Part shown: positions 11,379 through 19,459 of the stretch, piece by piece
How the letters are laid out: every line of letters begins with the position of its first letter
Position numbering within the stretch: position 1 is the stretch's first letter
Source of the DNA: Longimicrobiales bacterium
Lineage (GTDB): Bacteria; Gemmatimonadota; Gemmatimonadetes; Longimicrobiales; Gaopeijiaceae
Direction of reading: 5' to 3'
DNA length: 64,000 bases
NCBI GenBank assembly: GCA_965226375.1
Contig: CBDDCX010000006.1
Span: 32,001 to 96,000 of the forward strand
Program-made: the position numbers and the translations under genes
Notes under the pieces: model-generated
Told to the model about the DNA's origin: nothing
The model's input: only the letters and a program-made list of their open reading frames with translations
Databases searched by the model: none

Positions 11379-11510
11379 GGTTGGAATACCGGTTGAACCC
11401 CGGATGTTGGACAGGCTGTTTACGCTGGAGCCCCGGCCCTCAACTAGACCCTGACCGACCCGAGGGGTCGGCTGAATCCACGGAGACAGGTGCCGTAAGA
11501 CGTTCAGCCG

Positions 11511-11550
11511 TTGACATGTGCTACACATGCTAACATGCTTTTCACATGTC
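11511..11550 (+). promoter_or_regulatory. Sigma70-like promoter overlapped by ACATG operator repeats
   Basis: TTGACA-N17-CATGCT with four ACATG(C/T) copies before the RHH antitoxin stub. Confidence 0.5.
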
Positions 11551-11625
11551 TATCATGATCCAAATCCGCAATGTGCCGGAGGACCTGCACCGCCGAGCCA
11601 AGGCCAAGGCGGCCATGGAAGGCTC
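11546..11625 (+). pseudogene. Truncated FitA/Arc-like ribbon-helix-helix antitoxin
   Basis: [26 protein letters not shown] matches the FitA-like N-terminus, then similarity is lost; no toxin gene follows. Confidence 0.65.
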
Positions 11626-11786
11626 CTACCCAAGGCCCTCTCTCCACCTGGCCAGTCCATCACTACACGCCATACCTTGGCTTTTGGCCCCAAGGGGACT
11701 TGGAACGCCTACCACGTCACCGGCGAGGCCCATTGCGAGTGCTTCGAATCGTCCGCTATCCGCCCGAGCCAGGGAGGTCGTCACCG

Positions 11787-12143
11787 ATGGACCCGCTAGT
11801 GAAAATGACTTGTGAGGCCTGTCAGCGAGGGGCCCCCACCGTCACGGCTGAGGAAAGCCGTGAGCTGCATGCCCAGGTGCCGGAGTGGGCGCTCATCGAG
11901 CGGGATGGGATCCCGCGTCTGGAACGGGACTTCGAGTTCCGGAATTTCGCTGACGCGCTGCGGTTCACGAACGGCGTCGGTGCTCTGGCCGAAGAAGACG
12001 CTCATCATCCGGCCCTTGTGACCGAATGGGGCAACGTCAGGGTGACTTGGTGGACCCACAAGATCCGGGGCCTGCACCGGAACGACTTCATCATGGCCGC
12101 CAAGACAGACAAGCTCTTGGCCCGCGAAGGGACGGCTGACTAG
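11787..12143 (+). CDS. phhB: Pterin-4-alpha-carbinolamine dehydratase
   Basis: CEAC N-terminus, [52 protein letters not shown]. Confidence 0.92.
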   Translation: MDPLVKMTCEACQRGAPTVTAEESRELHAQVPEWALIERDGIPRLERDFEFRNFADALRFTNGVGALAEEDAHHPALVTEWGNVRVTWWTHKIRGLHRNDFIMAAKTDKLLAREGTAD

Positions 12144-12263
12144 AGCCAGACTGACCCTCTCGGCGGGAACCCCGGCCGGCCTCCGGAGGACTAGGAAAGG
12201 AGGGTGCGAATCGGGGAACCGAGGTCCGGCGGATCTCACCATCGACATTACGGAGGACGGCTC

Positions 12264-13595
12264 ATGCGAGATCACCGACGACGCGTATATGACTCGGTAC
12301 TCGGCCTCCTTTGCGACGCCGAGAATCCCACACCGCTCGTGCGGCTCAATCGAGTGGTTCCGTTCGAACACACACGGGTGTACGCAAAGCTCGAGTGGTA
12401 CAACCCGTTCGGCGCGGTCAAGGATCGTATCGCCGCCAACATGATCGCCGATGCCGAAGAACGGGGAGTGCTGCGCCCGGAGCAGCAACTGGTCGAGCCC
12501 ACGTCGGGGAACACCGGCATGGGCCTGGCCATGATGTCCAATGCGAGGGGGTATTCGCTCACGACCCCGTTGTCATCGGCGATCCCACTCGAGAAGCGTA
12601 CGATGCTGCGGTTCTTCGGCGCAGACGTCATCGAGCTCGAGGATACCCTTTGCCCAGCTCCTGGCGCTCCTGAGGGAGCGATCGCCAGAGCCAACGACCT
12701 GGCCGAGGCCCCCGATTTCTACATGCTCAATCAATATCGAAACGAAGCCAATCCCGACGCGCACTACAAGACCACAGGCCCCGAGATCTGGCTCCAGACG
12801 GACGGCGGAGTAACGCACTTCGTGGCCGGCCTGGGCACCTGCGGGACGATTACGGGGACGGGACGGTTCCTGAAGGAGCAGAACCCGGCCATCATGGTTC
12901 ATGGTGTGCACCCGGAAGAGGGACACGACATTCCGGGGGTGCGGAGTCTTCGGCAGCTCCAGCAGACCGAGCTCTTCCGGCCCGACGAGTATGACACGCT
13001 GGCCGAGGTGACCAACCAGGCGGCCTTCGACCTCTGCCTCCGACTCAACCGTGAGGAGAGCATCATAGCCGGCCCGAGCTCCGGCATGGCGCTCGCGGGC
13101 GCCTTCGACTTGGTGCCGGACGAGCCGGGGGGGCTCGCCGTGGTGTTGTTCCCGGACAGTGCCTTCAAGTACGCTTCGTCCGTGCCCAAGTACCTCCCAG
13201 AACTGGGCTCGACCGCGGCGCCCAGCCCACGTGAGCACATGATGGATCGGCTCGTTGAGAACGCGAAGAGCACACCAGGCCTCACTATCGAGGTCGGGCC
13301 CGCCCACGATCTCATCGAGGCCGCCAATGTTGTGGTGGTCGACGTGCGCGAGCCCGATGAATACGCGGCCATACGTATTCCCGGTGGGCTCCTCATGCCC
13401 CTGCAGGAGATGACTCGATACGTCGACTTCCTGCCCGAGGATCGCGAGGCCCCGATGCTCGTGGTCTGTGCCACGGGCGTACGATCTCTGTCCGGCGCCC
13501 TGTTCCTGGCTTCATTGGGCTACCGGAATGTCCGCAGCATCAATGGCGGAACCACCGCGTGGGCGGAGCAGGGGTTCGAGGTCGCGTGTGACTGA
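12264..13595 (+). CDS. PLP-dependent cysteine synthase family protein with C-terminal rhodanese domain
   Basis: PTPLVRL, AKLEWYNPFGAVKDR (PLP Lys), EPTSGNTG, GTCGT; C-terminal DVREPDEY...IPG...VCATGVRS...GGTTAW. Confidence 0.88.
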   Translation: MRDHRRRVYDSVLGLLCDAENPTPLVRLNRVVPFEHTRVYAKLEWYNPFGAVKDRIAANMIADAEERGVLRPEQQLVEPTSGNTGMGLAMMSNARGYSLTTPLSSAIPLEKRTMLRFFGADVIELEDTLCPAPGAPEGAIARANDLAEAPDFYMLNQYRNEANPDAHYKTTGPEIWLQTDGGVTHFVAGLGTCGTITGTGRFLKEQNPAIMVHGVHPEEGHDIPGVRSLRQLQQTELFRPDEYDTLAEVTNQAAFDLCLRLNREESIIAGPSSGMALAGAFDLVPDEPGGLAVVLFPDSAFKYASSVPKYLPELGSTAAPSPREHMMDRLVENAKSTPGLTIEVGPAHDLIEAANVVVVDVREPDEYAAIRIPGGLLMPLQEMTRYVDFLPEDREAPMLVVCATGVRSLSGALFLASLGYRNVRSINGGTTAWAEQGFEVACD

Positions 13596-13679
13596 TGAGG
13601 AGGTGTCAGCCATCGAGACGTTCGAGCGCTGGGTGGCACTCATGGCGACCCGGCACGGGAGGAGCTGGCTGAACTGAAA

Positions 13680-13703
13680 GGGGGGTGACCAAAGTCACCC
13701 CCC
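13680..13703. terminator. Hairpin between convergent genes
   Basis: GGGGGGTGAC-CAAA-GTCACCCCCC; AAA on the left gives a short U-tail on the minus strand. Confidence 0.6.
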
Positions 13704-13763
13704 CAGGGTCCCGGCAAGTCAGCTCAGCGCGAAATCCGCGGATCCAGTCCGCGGTACGCAATC

Positions 13764-14525
13764 CTACGGCTTGACGTCGAAGCCGGATTCCTCGAGTTCA
13801 TGCGCATGCTCCTCACGCTTGGCGTCCTCTTCGTCGACGACTTGGCCGTCGAAGAGATGCACGGAGCGTTCCGCAACCGCAGAGTAACGCGGGTCGTGCG
13901 TGACCATGCAGATTGTGGCTCCCTCATCATGGAGCTCGTGCATCAGGTCCATGACCGCGTTGCCGTTCTTCGAGTCCAGGTTACCCGTGGGCTCGTCTGC
14001 CAGCAGGATGAGGGGCTTGCCCACGATGGCACGGGCCACCGCCACCCGCTGCTGCTGACCACCGGAGAGCTGGCTGGGATAGTGGGTCATGCGGTGAGCC
14101 ATGCCCACACGCTCCAGAGACGCGTGCACGCGCTCCTTGCGCTCGGCCCCACCCATTCCGCGATATGTGAGCGGGAGCTCGACGTTCTCGAATACCGTGA
14201 GGTCACCGATCAGGTTGAACGCCTGGAAGATGAACCCGATGGCCTGGTTGCGGATCTTGGCCCGCTGCGAAGCCGTGAGGTTCGCCGCCGGCTCGCCGTC
14301 GAGCAGGTAGTCACCGCTCGTGGGGGAATCGAGCAACCCCAGAATCGACAGCAGGGTGGTCTTGCCGCAGCCCGAAGGGCCCGCGATCGAAACAAACTCT
14401 CCTGCCTTGATGCTCAGATGGATCTCGGAGAGAGCATGAGTTTCGACCTCCTCCGTGTAGAACACCTTGCTCAGGCCGTTCAGTTTGATGAGGACCGTGT
14501 CCTGCGTCGAATCGCTGGTTTCCAT
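13764..14525 (-). CDS. ABC transporter ATP-binding protein (MacB/LolD type)
   Basis: Walker A GPSGCGKTT, signature LSGGQQQRVAVARA, LLADEPTGNLDS, VTHD. Confidence 0.95.
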   Translation of the reverse strand: METSDSTQDTVLIKLNGLSKVFYTEEVETHALSEIHLSIKAGEFVSIAGPSGCGKTTLLSILGLLDSPTSGDYLLDGEPAANLTASQRAKIRNQAIGFIFQAFNLIGDLTVFENVELPLTYRGMGGAERKERVHASLERVGMAHRMTHYPSQLSGGQQQRVAVARAIVGKPLILLADEPTGNLDSKNGNAVMDLMHELHDEGATICMVTHDPRYSAVAERSVHLFDGQVVDEEDAKREEHAHELEESGFDVKP

Positions 14526-14583
14526 CCCTGGTACTCCGTCTCTGTGAAGCGACTCGGGGGTGGTTCCCCTCGAGGTCTTACTG

Positions 14584-14613
14584 ATAGGCGAGATTTCCCC
14601 GTCAGAAGTTGCA
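14584..14613 (-). promoter_or_regulatory. Putative ECF sigma promoter of the ABC ATPase
   Basis: TGCAAC-N17-CGCCTAT on the minus strand, about 60 nt upstream of the ATPase ATG. Confidence 0.45.
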
Positions 14614-14622
14614 TCCTGAAAA

Positions 14623-15498
14623 TCAGCGCACGTCCTGCCGAGTTTCAGACCCTCCGCGGCGCAGGACAATCCGACCCCCGAACGTCTCCGCTTCGAGGAC
14701 CGCGCCACCGCTTCCGATGGTGAACGTATTTCTCTGTCCCCGCGCGAGGTTACCCACGCCGGAGAAGTTGGTGGAGATGCTCCCGTGGATGGTCGCGAAA
14801 CTGACGTCCGCATCCGTGCCCTCGGGAACCTCGATGGTGATTGAACCACCGTGCGATCCGAAGAAGTACTCGCCGTCGCGGTCGAGGCTACCGGAATAAG
14901 AGATCCTTCCACCTACCGTCCCCGCCTCCACCACGCTCGCCGAGACGTCGGCGAGCGTGATATTACCGCCTACCGACTCCACGAAAATTTCGCCCGACGA
15001 ACCCGAGATGTGCATGCTCTCGGCGACCGAGCTGGCTTCGATGACCCCCTCGGCGTCTTCAATGCGGATCTTTCCGGTCGTGGTCTCCGCCGTAACCGAG
15101 CCTCGGCCACCCACGATGGTGATGTCACCCTCGAAGGTCTCCACCGTCACTTCGCCGTTCGCGCCCTCCACGGTCACGTCGGTCGACCAGCCTTCCAGGT
15201 CCAGATCGAGGGACGCCGGCATCGTGATGTCGTAGTCGACGATGCTGGCGAAGCTGTTGCCCCTGCGGGTCTCGGCTTCCAGCTCGATGACCCCGGACCG
15301 GCGTCGCTCCACGGCGATCACAATTCGGCTCGAGTGCTCAGCCCGGATCCGTATCTCGGGGCGGTCCCAGGTCGTCACCGTGATGCGCCCACCTGCGTTC
15401 TCGATCTCGAGGCCCGTGGCACCATTCAGCTCCACGATAGTGTCCGTCTGTTGTACCAGGCTGAGGGCCATGAGGGCCCCAATCAATACTCCACTCAT
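14623..15498 (-). CDS. DUF4097/adhesin-like beta-strand repeat protein, secreted
   Basis: Signal peptide; repeats of ETxxGxI/SxxGxI; lies in the sigma/anti-sigma operon. Confidence 0.8.
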   Translation of the reverse strand: MSGVLIGALMALSLVQQTDTIVELNGATGLEIENAGGRITVTTWDRPEIRIRAEHSSRIVIAVERRRSGVIELEAETRRGNSFASIVDYDITMPASLDLDLEGWSTDVTVEGANGEVTVETFEGDITIVGGRGSVTAETTTGKIRIEDAEGVIEASSVAESMHISGSSGEIFVESVGGNITLADVSASVVEAGTVGGRISYSGSLDRDGEYFFGSHGGSITIEVPEGTDADVSFATIHGSISTNFSGVGNLARGQRNTFTIGSGGAVLEAETFGGRIVLRRGGSETRQDVR

Positions 15499-15580
15499 GG
15501 TCGTTCGCTCTCGTCTATGGTCACATGCTTTCGCGTCATCATTCAGATCTCACCGATGCGTAGTGTTCTGTCCCAGAACA

Positions 15581-16279
15581 CTAGATCTGCACCGCCGCCG
15601 AGGCTTGCCGAAGCACCCTCAGCTTCGACTGCTGGTTCTGGATGAGCAGTCGGTTGAGTAGGTCGTTGTTCGGATCCTCGGCCAGCGCCCGCCGCGCCTC
15701 ATCGATGGCCCGATCCACAATGCTCAGGCTCTCTTCGATGGTGGCGAGCGTCTGGGGGTCGAGCAGGTTTCTGCCCCGCTCGAGTACGGACTCCAAGCTG
15801 GCGATGGCCTGCTCGTATTCGGTCGAGGCGGCATAAACGGCGGGAACGAGATTGGCCGGCCGAGCCACCTCGCTCGCCAAGGTTCCCGCGGCGTCTCGGT
15901 TGCCGCCTCCGTTGAGGACCAGCCACACCGTAGCACCGGAGATGAACGCCAACGTGATCGAAGCGGCCATCAGCTGTCCCATGGAGAAAGAGAACCGCCG
16001 CGCGCCGGAGGCACTGCCCGTCCGTAAGGGAACGACCCCATCGTCTTCCTCCTCGGCGGGCGAGTCGATCTGCGCCCGTACCTCCGGCCACAGATCTCGC
16101 GAGGGGGTCGCCTCGGTCGGCAACTCGGCCATCTCCGACAGTAGTCGTTCCAGCCCGGAGAGGCTCTCCTGGCATTGCTCGCACGTACTGAGATGCGCTT
16201 GGATCTCCCGGGCCGTCTCGTCGGTCACCTGCTCCTCGAGATAGTCGTTCAACCGTGTCTCTTCGATGTGTCCGTTCAT
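15581..16279 (-). CDS. zf-HC2 anti-sigma factor
   Basis: HIEETRLNDYL...AHLSTCEQC, central TM segment, C-terminal helical domain (IDEARRALAEDPNN). Confidence 0.88.
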   Translation of the reverse strand: MNGHIEETRLNDYLEEQVTDETAREIQAHLSTCEQCQESLSGLERLLSEMAELPTEATPSRDLWPEVRAQIDSPAEEEDDGVVPLRTGSASGARRFSFSMGQLMAASITLAFISGATVWLVLNGGGNRDAAGTLASEVARPANLVPAVYAASTEYEQAIASLESVLERGRNLLDPQTLATIEESLSIVDRAIDEARRALAEDPNNDLLNRLLIQNQQSKLRVLRQASAAVQI

Positions 16280-16875
16280 CGTTCCAGTGCCTCTTGTACC
16301 AGGGCACGCGCCCTGTGAATCTGAGCCTTCACCGTGCCGAGCGTCACTCCGGTGAGCTCGGCGATCTCCTTGTACTTGAACCCCTGCACATCCCGGAGCA
16401 CCAGCACTTTCTTCGCCCCGTCCGGAAGGCCCGCGATGGCCCGTTCCAGGTCGACCTTGGTCCCCGGCATGGCCTGCGTAGCCGCCACCGCGTAGCGCTC
16501 CAGATCATCCACCGTGTGCTCCCGGGCCTGTCTGCGTCCCCGCGAACGACGGTCCTGCAGAATCACGTTCACGGCCAGACGATGCAGCCAAGTCGAGAAT
16601 TGGCTGTCTCCCCTGAAGCTCGAGAGCTTCTGCCACGCCCGGACAAAGACGTCCTGCGTCAGAGTCTCGGCGTGCTGTGCGTCACTACTCATACGAAGAC
16701 AGAGTGCGTGAATACGACCGACGTTGGCCCGGTAAACGCCCTCGAAGGCATCGGGATCGCCCGACTGTGCCTTACGGATCATGCGATTCACCAGGTCGGT
16801 CTGGTCCACTTGGTCCGTTTGGGCTGCCTGGCCACCGAACTCGACGTCGATCTCCTTCAAAAGCGCTAATCCCAT
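16276..16875 (-). CDS. ECF-family RNA polymerase sigma factor
   Basis: AQSGDPDAFEGVY, LTQDVFVRAWQKLSSFRGDSQFSTWLHRLAVN, YKEIAELTGVTLGTVKAQIHRAR. Confidence 0.93.
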   Translation of the reverse strand: MGLALLKEIDVEFGGQAAQTDQVDQTDLVNRMIRKAQSGDPDAFEGVYRANVGRIHALCLRMSSDAQHAETLTQDVFVRAWQKLSSFRGDSQFSTWLHRLAVNVILQDRRSRGRRQAREHTVDDLERYAVAATQAMPGTKVDLERAIAGLPDGAKKVLVLRDVQGFKYKEIAELTGVTLGTVKAQIHRARALVQEALER

Positions 16876-16964
16876 GGGTTCCCGGGAAACAGGGTTCTCT
16901 AACCTCTACCTGCTCAGATCCCGGAGAACGCTCAGATGTTGGAAGAGGGTAAGGCTACTGTGGA

Positions 16965-17378
16965 TCAGCGATCCGAGAGCCGATACACGAAACGCAGACC
17001 GGACCAGTCATTGTCGATGGCGCACACCTTGTTATCGACGAGTCCAGCCTCCAATCCGATGCTCCGAACGTGGCTATCTCGCAGGTCGGTTGCCAAGGGC
17101 GAGCTCTTCTTGGGCCAGCTCACCCAGAGGCCACCGTTCGGCCGCAGGCGCCGAGAGATCCCGGGAAACCGGGCCCTGAGCTCACCTTCGTCGCTAACGA
17201 AGAAGACGGCCACGTCGAGCTCGATCTCGGGTGGTGGCTCCCTCTTCATGTCCACATCGTCGGGCAGTGGATCGAGGCGGGCGGGAAAGTGGGGCGGAGC
17301 GTCGAACGTACCCACGTGGTGCCCCGCCTTTATCCCGAGCTTCTTGGCCAGTGGGGTGCCGGAGTATCCGGCGCTCAT
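16965..17378 (-). CDS. DUF3052-like protein
   Basis: MSAGYSGTPLAKKLGIK...LWVSWPKKSS...GLVDNKVCAIDNDWSGLRFV. Confidence 0.8.
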   Translation of the reverse strand: MSAGYSGTPLAKKLGIKAGHHVGTFDAPPHFPARLDPLPDDVDMKREPPPEIELDVAVFFVSDEGELRARFPGISRRLRPNGGLWVSWPKKSSPLATDLRDSHVRSIGLEAGLVDNKVCAIDNDWSGLRFVYRLSDR

Positions 17379-17491
17379 GATCGCCACACGTGTGTAGTCA
17401 CGAGTCCATGGTAGGCAAGGAGCCCCGGCGGGTCCACCGGTTCCCGGACTCACCTCTTTGTTGAGTCTCCGTTCGGCTCCACATTATCTGA

Positions 17492-18274
17492 ATGGATTTA
17501 CTGACCAGCCCCGAAGCGTGGGTCGCCCTGGCCACGCTCACGATTCTCGAGATTGTCCTCGGGATCGACAACATCGTCTTCATATCGGTCCTGGCCGACC
17601 GACTCCCCGCGGAGGAACGGCCCAAAGCCCGCCAGCTAGGCCTGGCGCTCGCGATGGGCACGCGCATCCTGCTGCTGTTCTCCATCACCTGGATCATGCG
17701 GCTCACGGCACCGCTGTTTACAGTGGTCCAGAACGAAGTGTCGGGCAGGGACATCATTCTCATCGTGGGGGGACTCTTCCTCCTGACCAAATCCACCCGT
17801 GAAATCCATCACAAGATGGAGGGGAACGGAGACGGGGTCGGGTCAGGCGGTAACGTGGTGACCTTTACGGGGGTGCTGATTCAGATCGCCCTGCTGGACA
17901 TGATCTTCTCGCTGGACTCGGTGATCACGGCGGTCGGTATGGCGGACGACCTGGCCGTAATGGTGACAGCGGTCATCCTGGCCGTGGGGGTCATGATGAT
18001 CTCGGCCGAACCTGTGGGAAACTTCGTCTCGGATCATCCCACCGTGAAGATGCTCGCCCTCAGCTTCCTTCTGCTGATCGGAATGAGTCTGGTGGCGGAC
18101 GGAGTGGGCTTCCATATCCCGAAAGGCTACATCTACTTTGCCATGGGGTTCTCGGTCTTCGTGGAGTTCCTCAACCTGCGTGCACACCCGAAAGACAAGG
18201 CGGGGCCGCATGCGGCCCCCCTGCACCCCTCGGAAACGCAGGAGGCGGCGGCAGATAGCGGCGGGGACGTCTAA
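17492..18274 (+). CDS. TerC-family membrane protein
   Basis: LEIVLGIDNIVFI, QIALLDMIFSLDSVITAVGM, HPTVKMLALSFL, PKGYIYFAM. Confidence 0.93.
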   Translation: MDLLTSPEAWVALATLTILEIVLGIDNIVFISVLADRLPAEERPKARQLGLALAMGTRILLLFSITWIMRLTAPLFTVVQNEVSGRDIILIVGGLFLLTKSTREIHHKMEGNGDGVGSGGNVVTFTGVLIQIALLDMIFSLDSVITAVGMADDLAVMVTAVILAVGVMMISAEPVGNFVSDHPTVKMLALSFLLLIGMSLVADGVGFHIPKGYIYFAMGFSVFVEFLNLRAHPKDKAGPHAAPLHPSETQEAAADSGGDV

Positions 18275-18307
18275 CTCTGGGCTACCCGATGGGCTCCCCG
18301 ACGGGTG

Positions 18308-18883
18308 TTACATGCTCACGCCCGGCTCACCCTCCGACACGTTGAATCGGACCCACATGCCGGTGACGGCGTGCGCGGGGATGTAGCACACCAGCGCGTA
18401 CTCCCCGGCCACATCGGCAGTGAACCTGAAGGACTCCGTTTCGCCCGGCAGGGTGGCCTCCGTCATGGACGTGGGATCGGCGGTGATCGCTCCGCTGAAG
18501 GCCGGCTGAGGATCCTCGAACATGGCGCCGTAGCCCCCCACCTGCGCGTCGATTCCGAGGCTGTGCGCCATGGCCGAGTCGTCGTTGGTGAACTCTACCG
18601 TGATCTCGTAGCCCAGCGGCACGGTGATCGTACCCTCGCCGTTCGCCATGCCGTTGAACTTCCACCCGCCGTCCATCTGTGCGGTCACGTGGAGTTCGAC
18701 CGTCTTGGCGTCCGTGTCGATATGGTACCAGTCCGGTATCCCACCCTCGACGGCGCCTTCGGCCGCCGGTGCCGCTGCCGGCTCCGAAGCGGCGGGAGCG
18801 GCGTCCGGGGAATCGGCACCGCCACAGGCTACGAGCCCTGCGGTGATAACGGCGGTCAGACCCAGCTTGGAGGAGCGCTTCAT
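18308..18883 (-). CDS. Sulfocyanin-like blue copper (cupredoxin) lipoprotein
   Basis: Lipobox LVAC; FNG motif; type-1 Cu ligands AHS...CYIPAHAVTGM. Confidence 0.8.
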   Translation of the reverse strand: MKRSSKLGLTAVITAGLVACGGADSPDAAPAASEPAAAPAAEGAVEGGIPDWYHIDTDAKTVELHVTAQMDGGWKFNGMANGEGTITVPLGYEITVEFTNDDSAMAHSLGIDAQVGGYGAMFEDPQPAFSGAITADPTSMTEATLPGETESFRFTADVAGEYALVCYIPAHAVTGMWVRFNVSEGEPGVSM

Positions 18884-19033
18884 TTTGATCCGTACTCCTG
18901 GTTCGGCTCGTAGCCGAGTAGCCGAAAGGCCACCGGCCGTGAACACGGGGACCCTGAAAAATACGCAAGCCTCTGTACGGAGGTAAGGCGCGGTAGGCCG
19001 GATCAACGAGGCCTCCAAGGCGCCACTGGCAAG

Positions 19034-19066
19034 AAAAAAAGGGCGCTGCCTCGAAAGGCAGCGCCC
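19034..19066 (-). terminator. Rho-independent terminator
   Basis: Minus strand GGGCGCTGCCT-TTCG-AGGCAGCGCCC followed by TTTTTTT. Confidence 0.9.
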
Positions 19067-19318
19067 TGGAAAGGCCGGAGAACTCGGCTCTCTCAGTCGC
19101 TGTGGCAACCCACGGCCATCACGACTCTCTGACGCTCCACCGGGAGTGCCTCTTCGGCCATCTGCCGAAGTAGCTCAGCCCCACGACTATCCCCCTCACC
19201 CTCCACCCGACTCGCTGCTCTGAGTCAGTGCCCAATTCTCTCTTCCACACTCATCTTCCTCTTCCTTCCTCACGGGGCCGATCTGAACGCGGCCCTCAGC
19301 CCTTCTCCCACACTCTCT
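19034..19318 (-). ncRNA. Candidate purine-rich small RNA
   Basis: Bounded by ECF-type promoters and a strong terminator; no ORF of 60 aa or more; A/G-rich strands alternate with short hairpins. Confidence 0.55.
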
Positions 19319-19322
19319 CCAA

Positions 19323-19348
19323 TACGAGACAGCACTGTTTCGGTTTCA
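19323..19348 (-). promoter_or_regulatory. ECF sigma promoter (proximal)
   Basis: TGAAAC-N16-CGTA, the B. subtilis SigW-type consensus. Confidence 0.65.
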
Positions 19349-19391
19349 GGCTCATCGCAAGAACCATCCCCCTCACTTGCTCTGACGACTC

Positions 19392-19420
19392 TTAGACGAG
19401 GAAGGTTGCGTCGGGGTCAC
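19392..19420 (-). promoter_or_regulatory. ECF sigma promoter (distal)
   Basis: GTGACC-N16-CGTCTAA. Confidence 0.5.
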
Positions 19421-19459
19421 ATCGCTTGACAGCCATGGGGTGCGGTGACACGCTGCGAG

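Noticed and set aside
13588..13677. 29-aa ORF overlapping the cysteine synthase stop
   Set aside because: Too short, no motif and no independent support.
19337..19348. 12-mer GTTTCGGTTTCA shared with 61142-61153
   Set aside because: Similarity does not extend and the contexts differ (promoter -35 versus palindrome arm); probably chance.
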